From assembly GCF_009914755.1 (NCBI RefSeq), contig NC_060937.1: 64,000 nucleotides of DNA, one strand, 5' to 3'. This document shows, in pieces, positions 14,562 through 31,133 of this stretch. How positions within the stretch are numbered: the stretch's first letter is position 1; each line of letters begins with the position of its first letter. The notes beneath the pieces were generated by a model. The model was given only the letters and a program-made list of their open reading frames with translations. It did not search any database and had not been told where the DNA came from. This DNA comes from the human T2T-CHM13v2.0 reference genome, Homo sapiens. The translations under genes were made by a program, and so were the position numbers.

Positions 14562-15497
14562 CAGTCACGCATCATTTAACGACAACAATATGTTCTGAGA
14601 AATGCATTATTAGGCGATTGTGTCAGTGTGGGAACATCACAGAATCTACTTACAAGTAATAGCCTACTACACACCTATGCTTTGTGGTGTAGCCTATTAC
14701 TTCCAGGCCACAAACCGGTATAACATGTTACTGTGCTTAATACTGCAGGACATTTAACACAATGGTGACTGTATGTGTATCTAAACGTATGTAAACATAG
14801 AGGAAGTACAGTAAAAATATGATATAAAAGATAAAAAATGGTACACCTGTATAGGGCACTGTTAAAAGAAGAGCCTTATACAAATTAAATTTAACAGAGT
14901 TTAATTGAGCAAAGAACTAGTCAGCCTCTGGACCAGAATAGGTGTAGAGTATGGTTGATTTATGGACAGAAAAAGGAAAGTGACATAGAGAAAATCGAAG
15001 TGAGGTACAGAAACTGCTGATTAGGTTATAACTTTGCATTTGCCTTCTTCCAACACAGTTTGAAGAGTTGGCTGGTGGAAGCCAGATAGGCACAAGAGTA
15101 GATTACAGTCTATTTACACATCCAGTTAGGTTACAGTTCATTATGTACAGAGAAACCTTTGGGCGTAACTTTAAGGAAGAAACTTTAGGCTAAACTTAAT
15201 TTAATAGCACTTAGCATGAATAGAGCTAGCAGGACTGGAAATTGCTCTGGGTGAGTCACTGAGTGAATGAGTGGTGAATGGATGTGATGGCCTAGGATAA
15301 TTGTGTACATTTTAATATGACTCGTGGTGCAGTACATTTGTTTATGTCAGCATCACCACAAACACACCAGAATGCATTGTGCTACAACATTACCATGACT
15401 ATGTCACTAATTTTTCAGCTTCATCATAATCTTAGGGAACTACCCTGGTATATGCAGTTTGTAGTTGACTGAAACATTGTGATGTGAACGATGACTG
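14562..15497. mobile_element. Tigger3 (Tigger3c-size) DNA transposon interrupted by an LTR
   Basis: TA|CAGTCACGCATC ... GATGACTG|TA termini with TA TSD; about 585 bp once the insert is removed. Confidence 0.9.
14860..15206 (-). mobile_element. MER57B-like ERV1 solo LTR nested in Tigger3
   Basis: Reverse strand starts TATTAAATTAAGTTTAGCCTAAAG and ends TTTTAACA; 4-bp TSD GCAC at 14856-14859 and 15207-15210. Confidence 0.85.
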
Positions 15498-15789
15498 TAT
15501 ATAAATAATATTATTTATTAACTTTCATTGACTTTTTCTTATGTGTAAAACAGACATAATATGCAAATGTTCTACATCTTAGCAGTGATGCATAGATGAA
15601 AATAAGAAATAGAAAAAACGAATGTAACAGCATTTCAAAAAAATACCATCTTATGGAAATTCAAAGTATTATTATGGTAATTATTCCTTTAAATATTTAT
15701 TATATTATTAACATTCCACTAAGAAAATATTTGTAACATGCTGTAAATATTGAGAGATCTATGACTTAAAAATAAAAATTAAAAGGCAG

Positions 15790-15886
15790 CAAGTTCCTCG
15801 AGGATAAATACTGTCTTATTTGTCTTTGTGTTCTCCATATATTATACCGTGAGTACACTGTAGTTAGCCCTTAGTAAATATTGGTT
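15790..15886 (+). mobile_element. L2 3' terminal fragment
   Basis: AAGTTCCTCGAGG...TGTCTTATTTGTCTTTGTG...TAGTAAATATTGG. Confidence 0.5.
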
Positions 15887-16068
15887 ACAATACGACCAAA
15901 TCAGATTTATATGAAATATATAAGTGATATAAATAATAAAACATAAAGTATAATATATAGTATAAGATAGCATATCTTATATTCATTACATAATTAGTTT
16001 AAATATTTTTATCAATATAAGCAATTACAAAATATTTTATGTAAATAGATTTTCCAAGCTAATATGAC

Positions 16069-16150
16069 TATATGTAATACGTATGTGTATATATATGCAT
16101 TTATGTATATATGTATTTTATGCATATATGCATGCATTTATACATATGTT
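16069..16150. repeat. TA/TATG low-complexity tract
   Basis: Degenerate (TA)n/(TATG)n. Confidence 0.7.
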
Positions 16151-17154
16151 TTTATTTTCAGTGCTACATCTCAGGTGGATGCTTTTGAAGAGTATTTTAG
16201 ACCTTCAACACACTGTACTCTGTTTGACCACAGAGAAGATTGTGATTTATGACACATTTTAAGTGTATTTTAATGAGAAACTGAATGATTGAAAGAAACA
16301 GATCAGCCTGCAGCTTTTATTCTCCTTAATGAAAATACAGAAACTTAAAAATACCAGGCTTTTTAATCAACATTAAAACATACATATTGAATTTACATTG
16401 TATAATTAGGCATTAAATAAAATTTGCCTGTCTTGTGAAGTCAGAGGCTTAAAAGGCATAGGTTTCTGCATGATAGAAACTTTAGAAATAAGTTTAACAC
16501 TTTCTACTCACTGACATTTTGAAAAAAAATTCTGATATTCTATTCACTGAAATTATTAAATAAGTCTCTCAAGGTGATATTTTAAAAAATAAATGGCACC
16601 TACTTAGTCAAAAAAAATACAGTGAGGGCCCACTGCATGGCTGGCCACTGTGTTAGACATTGTGGGCAGGTCAATTGCAGATAAGTGCAGTTATAGAACA
16701 TGCACTCATGCAGCTTTTATGATAGGGCAAGAGTGTACTCATCTAAGTCATAAAATTCATCTGGTTAGGTATTTGTCCACATATAGAGGAACATGGTGAT
16801 GGAAATAATTTAATTCATAATTGATTTAGTCTAAAGCAGTCTGTGAAACATTTAGGCCAATTGTATCTCTTTGAAAGAGGGAAAACAAAATAGGTAACAT
16901 TACTGAATGCTTACCAATGAAAATATTCCAAAGAATTTGCCTTTGCCTCTCTGAGTGACAAATAATTAACCAGGAATATGCATCAGTCATACTTGTTATT
17001 AATACCTGTAGATTGACAGCACTCTGGATACTGCTGACATCACAGAATGAAACCTGTGTTTAGGGGACCTAATCATGTTTGAAATTTAAATTTAACTGTC
17101 ACTTGATATGCACATCAGGCCATCAAATTAGTGATAGAGGCCTCTAAGAGTTTT

Positions 17155-17815
17155 TTGTGTTGGATATTCAGCTTTTGTCTCAGTTCCAAATCCCTGCTTT
17201 CAGCCTCCACTTCATTGTACCAGGACTGAGATTTTGCAAACCACATTTCTCCTTTGGTAGATCATTCCCTGTTGGATTTTGGCCAAACATATATATCACC
17301 AGAGAGAGCCTGGAAGTGAAGAGGAGAGGGAAAGAACTCATTCCTTTTGTGTTTATTAACTGTTCTGACAGCATCATCGTAATGAAAATTATTTACCCCA
17401 CCAGAAGCAGCTGGCCTATTCTCCAATGTATTTTCTGCTATCTTGGAACCAGCTTCATTGGTGCCATCAGAGACAACAGCAAGGCACTGCCCCCTTCTCC
17501 AATGTTAGAACTCCAGATCAGTAGTCCTGCTTTGATTCCTAACACACATGCCCTAGGTAGGTAATGCCTTATTATCAGAAGTCTGAGCCCCCTTCTGGAG
17601 GCCCTTTTCTAAGCTTCTCGGTTCTTACATACACCAACCTCTGCTCTTTCATCACAAAACCCTAGAGGCAGTAGCTGCTTCCCATAAATGTCATTTCTAT
17701 TAGGCCTCTGTTTTACCCTCTGCCTTTCTGTCCTTCAATTACTGCTTAATTTCTTATATTAATTTTTCAGTTAAAATATTTGGCATAGTTTCTAATTTCC
17801 TGTCTGTATCTCATC
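17155..17815 (+). mobile_element. LTR33/LTR41-family ERVL LTR
   Basis: TGTTGGATATTCAGC...CTCAGTTCCAAATCC...GCAAACCACATTTCTCCTTTG...CCCTAGAGGCAGTAGCTGCTTCC. Confidence 0.65.
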
Positions 17816-18379
17816 TGCTATGGGTTACCTGTGTATTAGTTAGTAGAATCCAGCAGGCTGTGTTGAAATGAGGGTTAGGATACAGTAGGGCACTTCATTG
17901 TGCAGCTGAGGGAATGACTGAGGACTTTTTTTCAAAATTGTAGTAGAGGAAATCTTAATAGATTTCTTTCTGCCTAGAAATCAGTCATTTCCTATATTGC
18001 TCAGCAGTGAAAGCAGTTGTACAGGTAATTTTTAGAGCATGAATTGGCTATGAGATGCATATCTAAGATTTTAAATTACCAATTTATCTGAGCAGTACTG
18101 AATTGGAAAACAATAATTGCCAGAACTAGAAAAATTTGGCTGATGACATTTCTGCATTTTAATGTGTGAACTGTGGAAATTGAGAAGTCTCTATATCCTT
18201 AATACAAGAAGACAATATTGGTCAAACCACATGAGAAAAAAACCAATCAACCATTGAAACAAACCACATGACAAAAGTAGATGCTCTGAAACAGAATCAA
18301 ACAAGTTTGGGGTAAGAGATTGTTCAATGATTTTAAAAGAGACCTTTAAATAGTTGTCTATGTTAGTTTCACTCATTTA

Positions 18380-19830
<1,451 letters not shown>

Positions 19831-20234
19831 CCAGAGCACTCATCCAGGCTATGCATCTAGTTATCTTTTAAATACATTTATACAAATCTTAGTTGAAAAA
19901 AAAACCTTGATTGAGTAAATTTTGATGTACCTCTGTAAAAAATATTTACATAACATTGAAAAATTTATGTAAAAATAATGTCATAATGTTATGTGTACTC
20001 TAAAAGACTGAAAATATAAGTAAAAACAGGTTCCCAAACTACATAAATAGCATTTTGATTAAAATACATAAATATCTATAGAAGAAATGACACTAAGATC
20101 AAACAGTACATTGTGATCTTTACACGGTAGGATTTGTGTTGTTTCTTCATTGTATATTTAGCAATTTATGAAAGTATCTTTATTCAGTATATATACATAA
20201 AATTTAAAATGATGTTTAATCTCAAAAATGTAAG

Positions 20235-20605
20235 TGATATGGTTTGGCTGTGTCCTCACTTGAATCTCATCTTGAATTGTAGTTTACATAACTCCCGCAT
20301 GTTTTGCGAGGGGCCCGGTGGGAGATAATTGAATCATGGGGGCTGTTTCCCTCACACTGTTCTCATGGTAGTGAATAAGTCTCATGAGAGCTGATGGTTT
20401 TATAAGGGGTTTCCCCTTTCACTTGGCTCTCATTCTCTTTTCACCTGCTGCCATGTAAGACATACCTTTGCTTCTCCTTTGCCTACAGCTGTGATTGTGA
20501 GACCTCCCAAGCCATGTGGAACTCTGAGTCCTTTAAACCTCTTTCCTTTATAAATGATCCAGTCTTTGGAATGTCTTCATTGCAGTGTGAAAACAGACTA
20601 ATACA
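20235..20605 (+). mobile_element. THE1 (THE1C-like) solo LTR
   Basis: TGATATGGTTTGGCTGTGTCC...GACTAATACA, 371 bp; 5-bp TSD GTAAG at 20230-20234 and 20606-20610. Confidence 0.95.
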
Positions 20606-20744
20606 GTAAGTATTTTTAAAACTTTACCTCAAATATTGCTGTTTAGATTTCCTAAAACTGTAACTCAAATAGCACTGGCAGCCAAGCCTTTGATGTCTGT
20701 TGAAGGTAGATAATATAAGAACATAACCATTTTTATGACCTTCA

Positions 20745-21800
<1,056 letters not shown>

Positions 21801-23905
21801 CGTGCCTATAGAAATACCTAAAGAAGACATAGTCCTTCTTGTTTATATAAGTACTTGATATTTTAAAAAATGCTAAGAAATTCAAAATAGAAATTGCTAT
21901 AAATGCCAAATTAAAAAGGATAGTTACCTACATACAAGTTGTCTGTGAATCTGCAAAGGAACTACCCTCAGGCATTTGTTTCCCACATCCCTGAAGACTT
22001 AGATTCACAAAGTCTATGTTGGGTAGATTTGTTTTGTTATGCTATTTTGTTGTGTGTGTGTGCTTTTAATGTTCCACAGGTGAAATAGTGGTGGTTCATC
22101 TTAGACACTCTTCATGGGATAATACTTTCTAGCATAAAATAACACCTTTTTTCATCTTTTTTTAATTTATTTTTTATTTTTTTACTTTAGTAATTAATTC
22201 TAGCATTTTGGGAAGACAATTAATGTGCAAATATATGCAATTAACTTTGAATTATAAGTACCATTATAGATATGGGACTTCATAAAGTATTTATAACCAT
22301 GAACTCTAGTATCATGTTGGAGAAATGTTTCTGAAGATTTAACATCATGTGCGTTGATTTTCATTTCATATTCATGGAAATTCATGACACAGCATAATGA
22401 TAGCATCTAACAATGAATTTTAATGAATAATTAGAAATATGAATTCACAAACATTCATTAAAAATTCATGACTATGTAGAGTGTTATGAAAAGCTGCAAC
22501 TGTCCAGGATTAACAGCACATTTTTTTTTTTCATATTTTGATTATCTGACCACTTCTAAAGTTATCTTATTCACATAACACAAAAAATTTAAGATTATGT
22601 GCAAGTTGCTTAAGATAAATTTCAAAACCACCACATTAAATCCAAAGTATATTTTATGTGACAAAATATCAACATATACAAAATCTACTTCATAAGTAAA
22701 GTATTTGAGTAGGATAGGGAAATATAAACACATACTTCTGTTAGTTATTTCATGTGAAAGAAAAATTCATAACACTGGACTATAATCTATGGTAAACAGG
22801 GTTCAGATATGGGACAACTTAACCTCTGAAATGGTTTATCTTGCTTTTGTTTCTCATGAATGGAGACACACTATAGAGTGAGGTGTCCACTTTCTAGGTA
22901 ATGAGATAATACTGATAAATCCCTATTAAGACAGAAAAAGGTGGGATTTCACAACGCAAGAATTGGACTTGTAGACAACCAATACCAAATTTTGAATGAC
23001 TTGACATTAGAGAGCAGGTGGGGCTATTTGGGTTGGGGTTCAGTGCTTGACCTCCATAGCCTTTTATTCATAATAGCCTGAAAAGATAGAAAATCCCATG
23101 ACCCTTCATTGCTTTATGTCTGAATTCCCATAACTAAAAATCTCAGAAAGAGACTGAAAATCTAACAAAGAATAATTGGTTAGAAAATAGGTGAAAGAAT
23201 ACTTTCTATAGTCTCCTTGTGTTTAGTCAGGGTTAAGAACAGGAAAAAGTCTAATCAGGATTTAGGTTTGTTACTGGTTTTTAAGAGATAGTCTATATTG
23301 CTTTTGTTAAGCAAAGCAAAGTATTCAAACTTGTGTACAAGGCAAGAGGATGGACTAAATGTTTTTTCAATATCACTGTAGAGCATTATATAACAAGTCC
23401 ATGCAGGGAATATTTAATTATCTGAGAAAAGCACTCGTTTATTGGACTTATTATTTACTATTGATAAGAGCCTAGATTCTGTGATGTTACACTTTTACTT
23501 GTCTATTTTTCTCCCAATAAAAATTAAATTAAAATGATTTCTGTTTGGCAGACAATATACCTCCAGAGCTTTCAGTTTTGTCATGCTACAGGATATTAAC
23601 AGTTTTGTCTCCAATTTAGCAGACTTATTATAGCATGCCTTTTCTGACTATAAATCTCTCTTTCTCAAATCCTCTTTCAACCATATTTACTATCCTGCTG
23701 ATTTTCTCATTAAATAAATCTTTAACACATATTCATTATATATGTATATATCATACTTTGACTCTACCATAGTGGTGAAAGGAAGATACTATCCAAGTAG
23801 CATGGAGATTCTCTAGGTTTCTGCTATAAATGAGGATGTGAACTAATTGCTGCATGTTCAACTTTCTCTTTGTTTGAAGATACACTCCCATCTAGATTTT
23901 CCTAC

Positions 23906-24287
23906 TGTTATTAACTAAATGTTTGCGTTCACATCCCCAATTCTTATGTTGAAATCTAATCACCAATGTGATGGTATTTGGGGCCTTTGGGAGGTAATTA
24001 GTTCATGAGGGTGTGATAATGGAGCCCTCATGAGTGAGAATAGCACACTCAGAAAAGAGACCCCAATGAGTGCTCTAGCTCTCTTTCCACAATGGGAAGA
24101 CACAATTACAAGTTGGCAATCTCAAACCTAGGAGAGAGCTCTCCCTAGCTCTGCCTAGAATGTGACCACACTGGCACCCTGATCTCAGACTTCCAATCTA
24201 TGGAGTGTGAGAAATAAATTTCTGTTGGTTGTAAGCCACCAAGTCTATGATACTTTTTTTTTGTTCCAGCAGCTTAACCTGACTAAT
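23906..24287 (+). mobile_element. MLT1A-type MaLR LTR
   Basis: ATGTTGAAATCTAATCACCAATGTGATGGTATT...CTGGCACCCTGATCTCAGACTTCCA...GTGAGAAATAAATTTCTGTTG. Confidence 0.85.
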
Positions 24288-26627
24288 CTACCTGTCTATA
24301 CAGTTTGGCTTCCAATGCCTTTATCTAAAAACAAAAAACAAACAAACAAACAAAAAACCTTGCAAAGCGCTTCAACTTTCCTATTCCTTTGTTCTTTCAG
24401 CATTGAAATTAAACTGGAATCCTAGATGAACCTAACCATCTGCCCTTTTCATATCTGTAGATGTAGCTGCATTCTGCCCTATATCATAAGGGTAATTGGT
24501 AGAGTAACACCAATACACACACAGGGCTACCTAGACATGGATAAAAATCCTTTTATGCTTATTCAATCTGCTCCCTATATACACATAATCTTGTCTCTTA
24601 GTTCTCAGAGAAAGTAGAAGCAAAGAGATAGGAATGTTCACTACTTCTTGATATACAAACATATAAATGTATAAATCTGCCTGAGCTGGCTTGAAATTTT
24701 ATCCATCCTATTGGTTAATGTTCAGTGACAAGAAAATACTTAATAATAAGTTTTGATGAAATATATAGAGTTAACAATATGTAATGAGAAATGTATATGT
24801 TTAATAGTAAAAGTAGGATATAAAATATATAGTAGTAGTTGATTTTTTAAAAAACAAGTTATGTAGGAATATTAAGTAAGAAATGAGATTGAAGTACAAA
24901 AAATGCGTTAGAAGGGTATTCTATCTGCTGTGGGGGTTTTATTATTTTAATTTTCTTCTTTTTATTTCATGCACTTCAAGTTCTAGTTCTCTGGATTTCT
25001 CAAAAGGTAAATGTTGGGGCTCCCCGTTCAATTCATGATTTGCTTTCTTAAAAGGATGTTATTATCCTTCTGCATACTATTGGTTCTATGTGAAATATTT
25101 CATTTCCTCAGGCTAAACCTATTTTTTTTCAGTTCAATATGTTTGTGTGTGTATGTGTTGTTCTGTTATTTCATTTTGGTTTTTGTTTCATGTTTACTGA
25201 AAGATGAAAAATTTTTACTGATCTTTCCACATAGCAGTTTCTAACCTAGTGATGAAATTGATTTCTAATAAGAAACAAGCTTCTTTCCGAGGGATATTAA
25301 GCTGAGTGCATGTCAAAATTTTCTCTTCTGTCAAGTATCTTAACTCAATGATCCTATGACATACAAATTTTGTTCAAATTCACATAATAGATAATTCAGA
25401 CTGCCAACTGAGAGAAGTTTACCTTTACATTCAAGCTAACTTTCTCCCAAAGAATCATTCTTACCTAGTTACCTCTGAATTTAACATATAATTTGATATT
25501 AGGGGCAAATGTTACATAAATATACTAATTTATGAATACTCCTCTGTATTCTATACTGGGCACGAGAAAGATTTTTACAAAGCAAAATAAAATTAGTAGG
25601 TATGGTTTTAAATTATTCACATGCATGAGTTAATAGATTTCATAGCAACTTATCTTTCTAGTGTGCCTATTTGAACATTAGTTATACAAAGAGCACTTGG
25701 CAGGGTTTTTTATTTTAGAGCATGATGTTTAAACACTAGCAATAAATATTTTAGTAGCTAATGAATGCTTCAAAAAATCAAAGCATTCATTTCAGTCTGA
25801 AATATAACTACTCTTTCTAACGTCTTCATTTAAATAATGCCACATAACAAGAAATAAGACTAAATGGTTTAACAATATTTTAAAACCACTGGAATTAATG
25901 GAGTAGAGACAATATAAGAAGAAGAAAATGGTTTGGAGAGGCAGCAAAAGAAAAATCCCCAGGCTTCTAGAGATTATCGTGAATTGGGAAGCTATTGAAT
26001 TTAAATAATATATTCCTTTGCATGTACTGAATTTAAGGATGTGTTACAAAATAGAATTTTAAAATAATAGCAAATTTTATAAAATGAGATCCATGAAATT
26101 TTCAGATGCTTGATTTCTATTTGGAATTCCATATACTTTGAAATTCTTTTCCTCTTGAGATTAAAAGGAGACAAAAGAGTGAACTTTTATTAGTTGATTC
26201 AGCCAGCCTATATTAAACAGCTTATATGTGTATGCGGTTACATATTCCAAAGACTTCCTGTACAGTAATACAGAAAAAGCACGATAATGTATTTAAAATG
26301 CCAAATACCCTTTTGAAAAAAGAAAAATCATTTCATAATCTAGAAATAAGAACTTTACTAGGACATTTTTTAAATTATTGGATGAGTCCAGATATAATTA
26401 CCTGATTAGGTAAAAATTGCATGATGTTAATTCAGCAAGCTCATAATCGTAAATTCAAAGTCATAATTTATATATATATTGATTATTATGCTACATTCAA
26501 AATCAGAGCACTACCCTACAACAGACAAAATAAATGTAACCTTTATAGGTTTATTATTTCATGTGTAAGCTTTATGCAATCCATCTTTAATGTATCCAAA
26601 AAGTTAGATTGTTAGAATTATCAATAT

Positions 26628-27320
26628 TTTTTAATAAACCTTTTAAGTTTAAAATACATTTAGATTTACAGAAAGCTGCAAAATAGTACAGAGAGCTTCA
26701 ATATACACTTCAACTAGTTTCTACTAATGTTAAAATAATCAGGGTGCATTTATCAAAATCAAGAAGTTTTCACTGACACATGACTATTAAGTAAACTCCA
26801 GATTTTATTTGGATTTTACTAGTTCTTATATTATATTAATGTCCTTTTTATGGTTCAGGATCCCATCCTGGATTCTTGCTGTGTCTCGGTTTTATTTATC
26901 TCCTTATTCTCCTCTGGTTTGTGACAATTGCTCAGTATTTGTTTTTCACTGGCTTAACAGTTTTGAAGAGTGCTGGTCAGGCATTTTGTAAAATGGCTCC
27001 CATTTGGGGTTTGGTTAGATGTTTTCCTCATGACTGGAAATGGGTTATTAGTCTGGGGAAAGAACACTACAGAGGGCAAATGCCCTTCTCATCACATCAT
27101 GTCAGAGGTATGTGATATCCACATGACATTCTTGGTGACGTTAACTTTGATCACTTGGTTAAGGTTATGTGTTTCAGGCTTCCTTTTAAAGTTGCCAATT
27201 TTCACTTTTCATACTTTATTGTTTGGAAGTGAACTATAGTCCAGTTCACACTTCACAGGAGAGAAAATTAAGCTCTCTCTCTTGGAGCTTGGAGTATCTA
27301 GAGATATTTAGAAGTTTTCT
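26628..27320 (-). mobile_element. L1MC4-like 3' end
   Basis: TTTAGATTTACAGAAA...TTTTGAAGAGTGCTGGTCAGG...TTGATCACTTGGTTAAGGT. Confidence 0.8.
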
Positions 27321-27619
27321 GACAGTAAGAAGCCTGGTTGTCATTATCTAACAATTTCTTAACTGTAAACCTGTGTATCTTTGTAAATAGGTATTTTTAA
27401 AATTGTTATCGTATATGTCTATAAATTTACCAAGTACAGTACCAAATTTATGCGCAATGTTCTTTTTGTTGTGAACAATGTTTTCAGTTGAAATAATACT
27501 AAGAATATTACTAATAGTATTAGGCATCTACTTACTGATTATTACATAATAACCACCTTGTTCAATTCTGAGAATACAAAAATGTAAAATATAATTGGAC
27601 TAATTACATGGATTATGTA

Positions 27620-27775
27620 ATTTGTGTTCAAAACAACATGAATAGTAAATATTTTCATAATTGTGGTTATTAGACACATTTTACAGACAAACCATATGGG
27701 GCACAGAGAGGTTAAGCAACTTGTCCACCATCACAGAAATAATACATTGTGGAATCAGAATTCAACTAGGTTTTT
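27620..27775 (-). mobile_element. MIR
   Basis: CATTTTACAGA...GGCACAGAGAGGTTAAGCAACTTGTCCA. Confidence 0.7.
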
Positions 27776-29365
27776 ATAAATAAAAAATCACCTTTTATCA
27801 GCCTAACCCAAAGACTATCTTTGAAATGTTATATTTCATATCTTCACAAATTATTGAATAATTTTTGTGTCCACCACACTTAGAACAATGGTAGAGGACA
27901 CAGTAGTTAAGATAGTGGTTAAAGAAAAAATTAATAAAATAAAATAATTAAAACTCCATCTAGTGTTTTTTTTTTTGGCTCTGGGCTTAGGAAATTTGTA
28001 AACTTGCACATTTTAATATCTACCTTAATTTTATCATCTGGAAATAGCATTAATAAGAGTATTTATTTTATAAGGCACATAGAACAATACCATAAATGTG
28101 GGAGCACGTAATAAGCTTCACCTCTTAACATTAGTATTTGTTAACAATTATTTGATATTATAAAAGTGAAGTGTGGGTAATATTCTGATAGTGTAGTTTT
28201 AAATATTATTACTAAGCGATTATCTGGATATTATCAAAATAAGATAGAAATCTAGAAAAAAAGCATATTTCTCTTTTACATTTCATCCTTAAAAGAAAAT
28301 AATATTTTTCCAGTTAAAACATGAAAGTTTCCCTTTCAAAAATTTTCACTTTTTGAAGACACAGTATTCATGAGGTTCACAACCTAATACCTACATTGAA
28401 AGATGAAAGGTAGAAAGGTACCTTGTTAAAGGTAAGCATATTATTGATTTTTATGAATGTTGTTGCAATTGGTTAATTATAATTTATGTACTTTCTACAA
28501 GTTTCATACAATATTGGAGAGCAGAGAATATTGATGCATATAGAACTGTCTTTTTTTGAAATATTAAACTTTCTTTTGAGTTTAATTCACATTGGAATCA
28601 TTTAACACATAGAATCCTTGTTAAACTTATAAAGAGCTATAATTTAAATACAAATTACTAATACATACATACAACTGAAAAATTAAGTTCAAGAGTCTGT
28701 GATATGCAAGCAGGAGACATTCCATTTAGTATAGTCCTAATATTATTAAACCTAGAAATCATATTTTAAGATAATAATACTGTAATATATTTCACATCTT
28801 ATAGGAGATGTTTCAGTGATGTTCATGTACATAACAAAATATTTGTATATAAAGTAAATATAAGCTTGCAAGTGTTACTGTGAAATCCATTACACATATT
28901 GAAAAATATAATGATATCTAAACTGATCTAAAGTATTTTCTAAGTATGTCTTAGAAAATAGGTACCTGGAAAAACATATCTCAAACGTTAACTTAAAATT
29001 AAAAAATGATGTCGCATTCCAGATACCTTTATCTTCAGGTCTTCACTTGTTTTTAAAGGGTGTGATGATTTTTTGGAATCTGTAATATAGTCATGCCTAG
29101 GCACACTTGAGAATCTGCTCTTTACTTAGGATTGGATTCTTATACTGTGAATTAGCTAAGTTGCTGAAGATGCAGTTCTTTTGTACCTCATTAATTTTAA
29201 GTAGATTTTGTTCAATTGTGGAAGATAGTCATAGTACAGAGGTTACAAATAACACTGGTGATCAAGTTAAACTGTAGACAGTCAAGCCTCCCATTCCCAG
29301 GATTTTACCAATCATGTTCCCCTTCAGTCAAAGTCAATTACCTGTCAGTTTAAAGAACTATTTGC

Positions 29366-29763
29366 TCAATTCCCACCTAAGGGTGACAACACGCGGTGTT
29401 TGGTTTTTTGTCCTTGCGATAGTTTGCTGAGAATGATGGTTTCCAGTTTCATCCATGTCCCTACAAAGGACATGAACTCATTATTTTTTATGGCTGCATA
29501 GTATTCCGTGGTGTATATGTCCCACATTTTCTTAATCCAGGCTATCGTTGTTGGACATTTAGATTGTTAGGGGAACATCACACACCCGGGACTGTTGTGG
29601 GGTGGGAGGAGCGGGGAGGGATAGCATTAGGAGATATACCTAATGCTAAATGACGAGTTAATGGGTGCAGCACACCAACATGGCACATGTATGCATATGT
29701 AACAAACCTGCACATTGTGCACATGTACCCGAAAACTTAAAGTATAATAATAATAAAATAAAA
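29366..29763 (+). mobile_element. Short L1PA3/PA4 with 5' inversion (twin priming)
   Basis: Antisense L1 segment 29366-29568 joined to sense 3'UTR 29569-tail; perfect 14-bp TSD AAAGAACTATTTGC at 29352-29365 and 29764-29777. Confidence 0.95.
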
Positions 29764-31133
29764 AAAGAACTATTTGCAAAGACTTCTGTGTTCCAATTGA
29801 ATACACATTCTTATGATCAATGTAGAAAAACATTTATTCCCATAATATATAGATTTTTTAAAGTCTTCCCCTGTATTTTTTTCTCAGACAACTTTCCTAG
29901 TGTACCCCTGGAGTTGATGCAAAAATGCACGATATTTTTTAAGCCTTCAATTTTATTTATTTATCTTAAAAATACAATTCTGGGAGTAAAATGAGTTACG
30001 AGTTGAACCAGACAGAGGTATTTTATGCCTTTTCCAGTGCTTTAGCCTATGCTATCTTCTAGAAAGGGAGAATAGATAGGCAATTTAATTCTAATTTATA
30101 TCTCTGCCTCTAGCTTCACTCTGATATATTTTCCAATATTTTACATTAATTCAAATGTGTTTCTTCTAAGATAATAAATTTGAAAAAAATATAGGTAGTA
30201 CCATGTCATGTCACAATTAAAATAATTTCTTGTCAACCATGAATAAGCTTACATGAAGCCATTACAGAAATTCTGACAGCGTCCATAATGAAGTCTATGG
30301 GCAAATATAAATCTTTTGCTCATATACTCACTCAGAATTTAAGATGCTGATTTTAAAAATAAACAACTTCTAAAATTTTTTATTCCTGAATATTTTTCTT
30401 TCAGTAGCCTAGACCAATGACTACTAACTTTAGGCTTTCTAAATTACAGTATAGGGCTAAGATATATTTTCTATACATTTTTTCACGCTTGTTTGCTTGA
30501 CAGCAAGTTAAATTACTGCTAAACCTTGAGGTAGTGTTTTATATGTTTTCTACTGTGTTTTCAGCACAAAGAGTAATGCAGTGAGCATAGAATATATTTT
30601 ATATTTAATACATTTTTGATGGAAAGCATATAATCAGGAATAAATATCAACAAATTATAAAACATTAGTTTCAAATTCAGAAGAGTGTAATCAAAATATG
30701 CACAATTCTCAATTTGATACAAATAAATATAGATTTTCCTTATTCATATTCAGACTTATTCATGGGTACTCAACTGACAGACTTATTCCTAAAGATTTCT
30801 TTTAAAGTCTATTTTTGTTAAGGGATAAATAGTTTTTAATAGAAATGCAAAAATAATTTTGCTGGTTGGTTTCCCAGGCTATAGTTTAGGTCAGAAAAGT
30901 TAATAGGTTTTTGTGACCAGGGATAATATTCTGTCATTTGCTCATCGTGGTTTTTGTGGGTATTCAGATTTTGAAAGTACACAGCTCCAATTTTTTTTCC
31001 TCTCCTCTGCCCAAAATTCTGTGCACCATGGCTTCAGTCCCACAGTAACCCTATGAAATAGCAAGTACACACACACACTTGCTTTCCTAGGATACTGCAG
31101 CTAGGATTGGACTTAGGACATTCCTTTACTAAA

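Noticed and set aside
16150-16252. TTTTCAG acceptor followed by a short open frame (ATSQVDAFEEYF...)
   Set aside because: No good donor, unrecognised peptide, adjacent to a low-complexity tract
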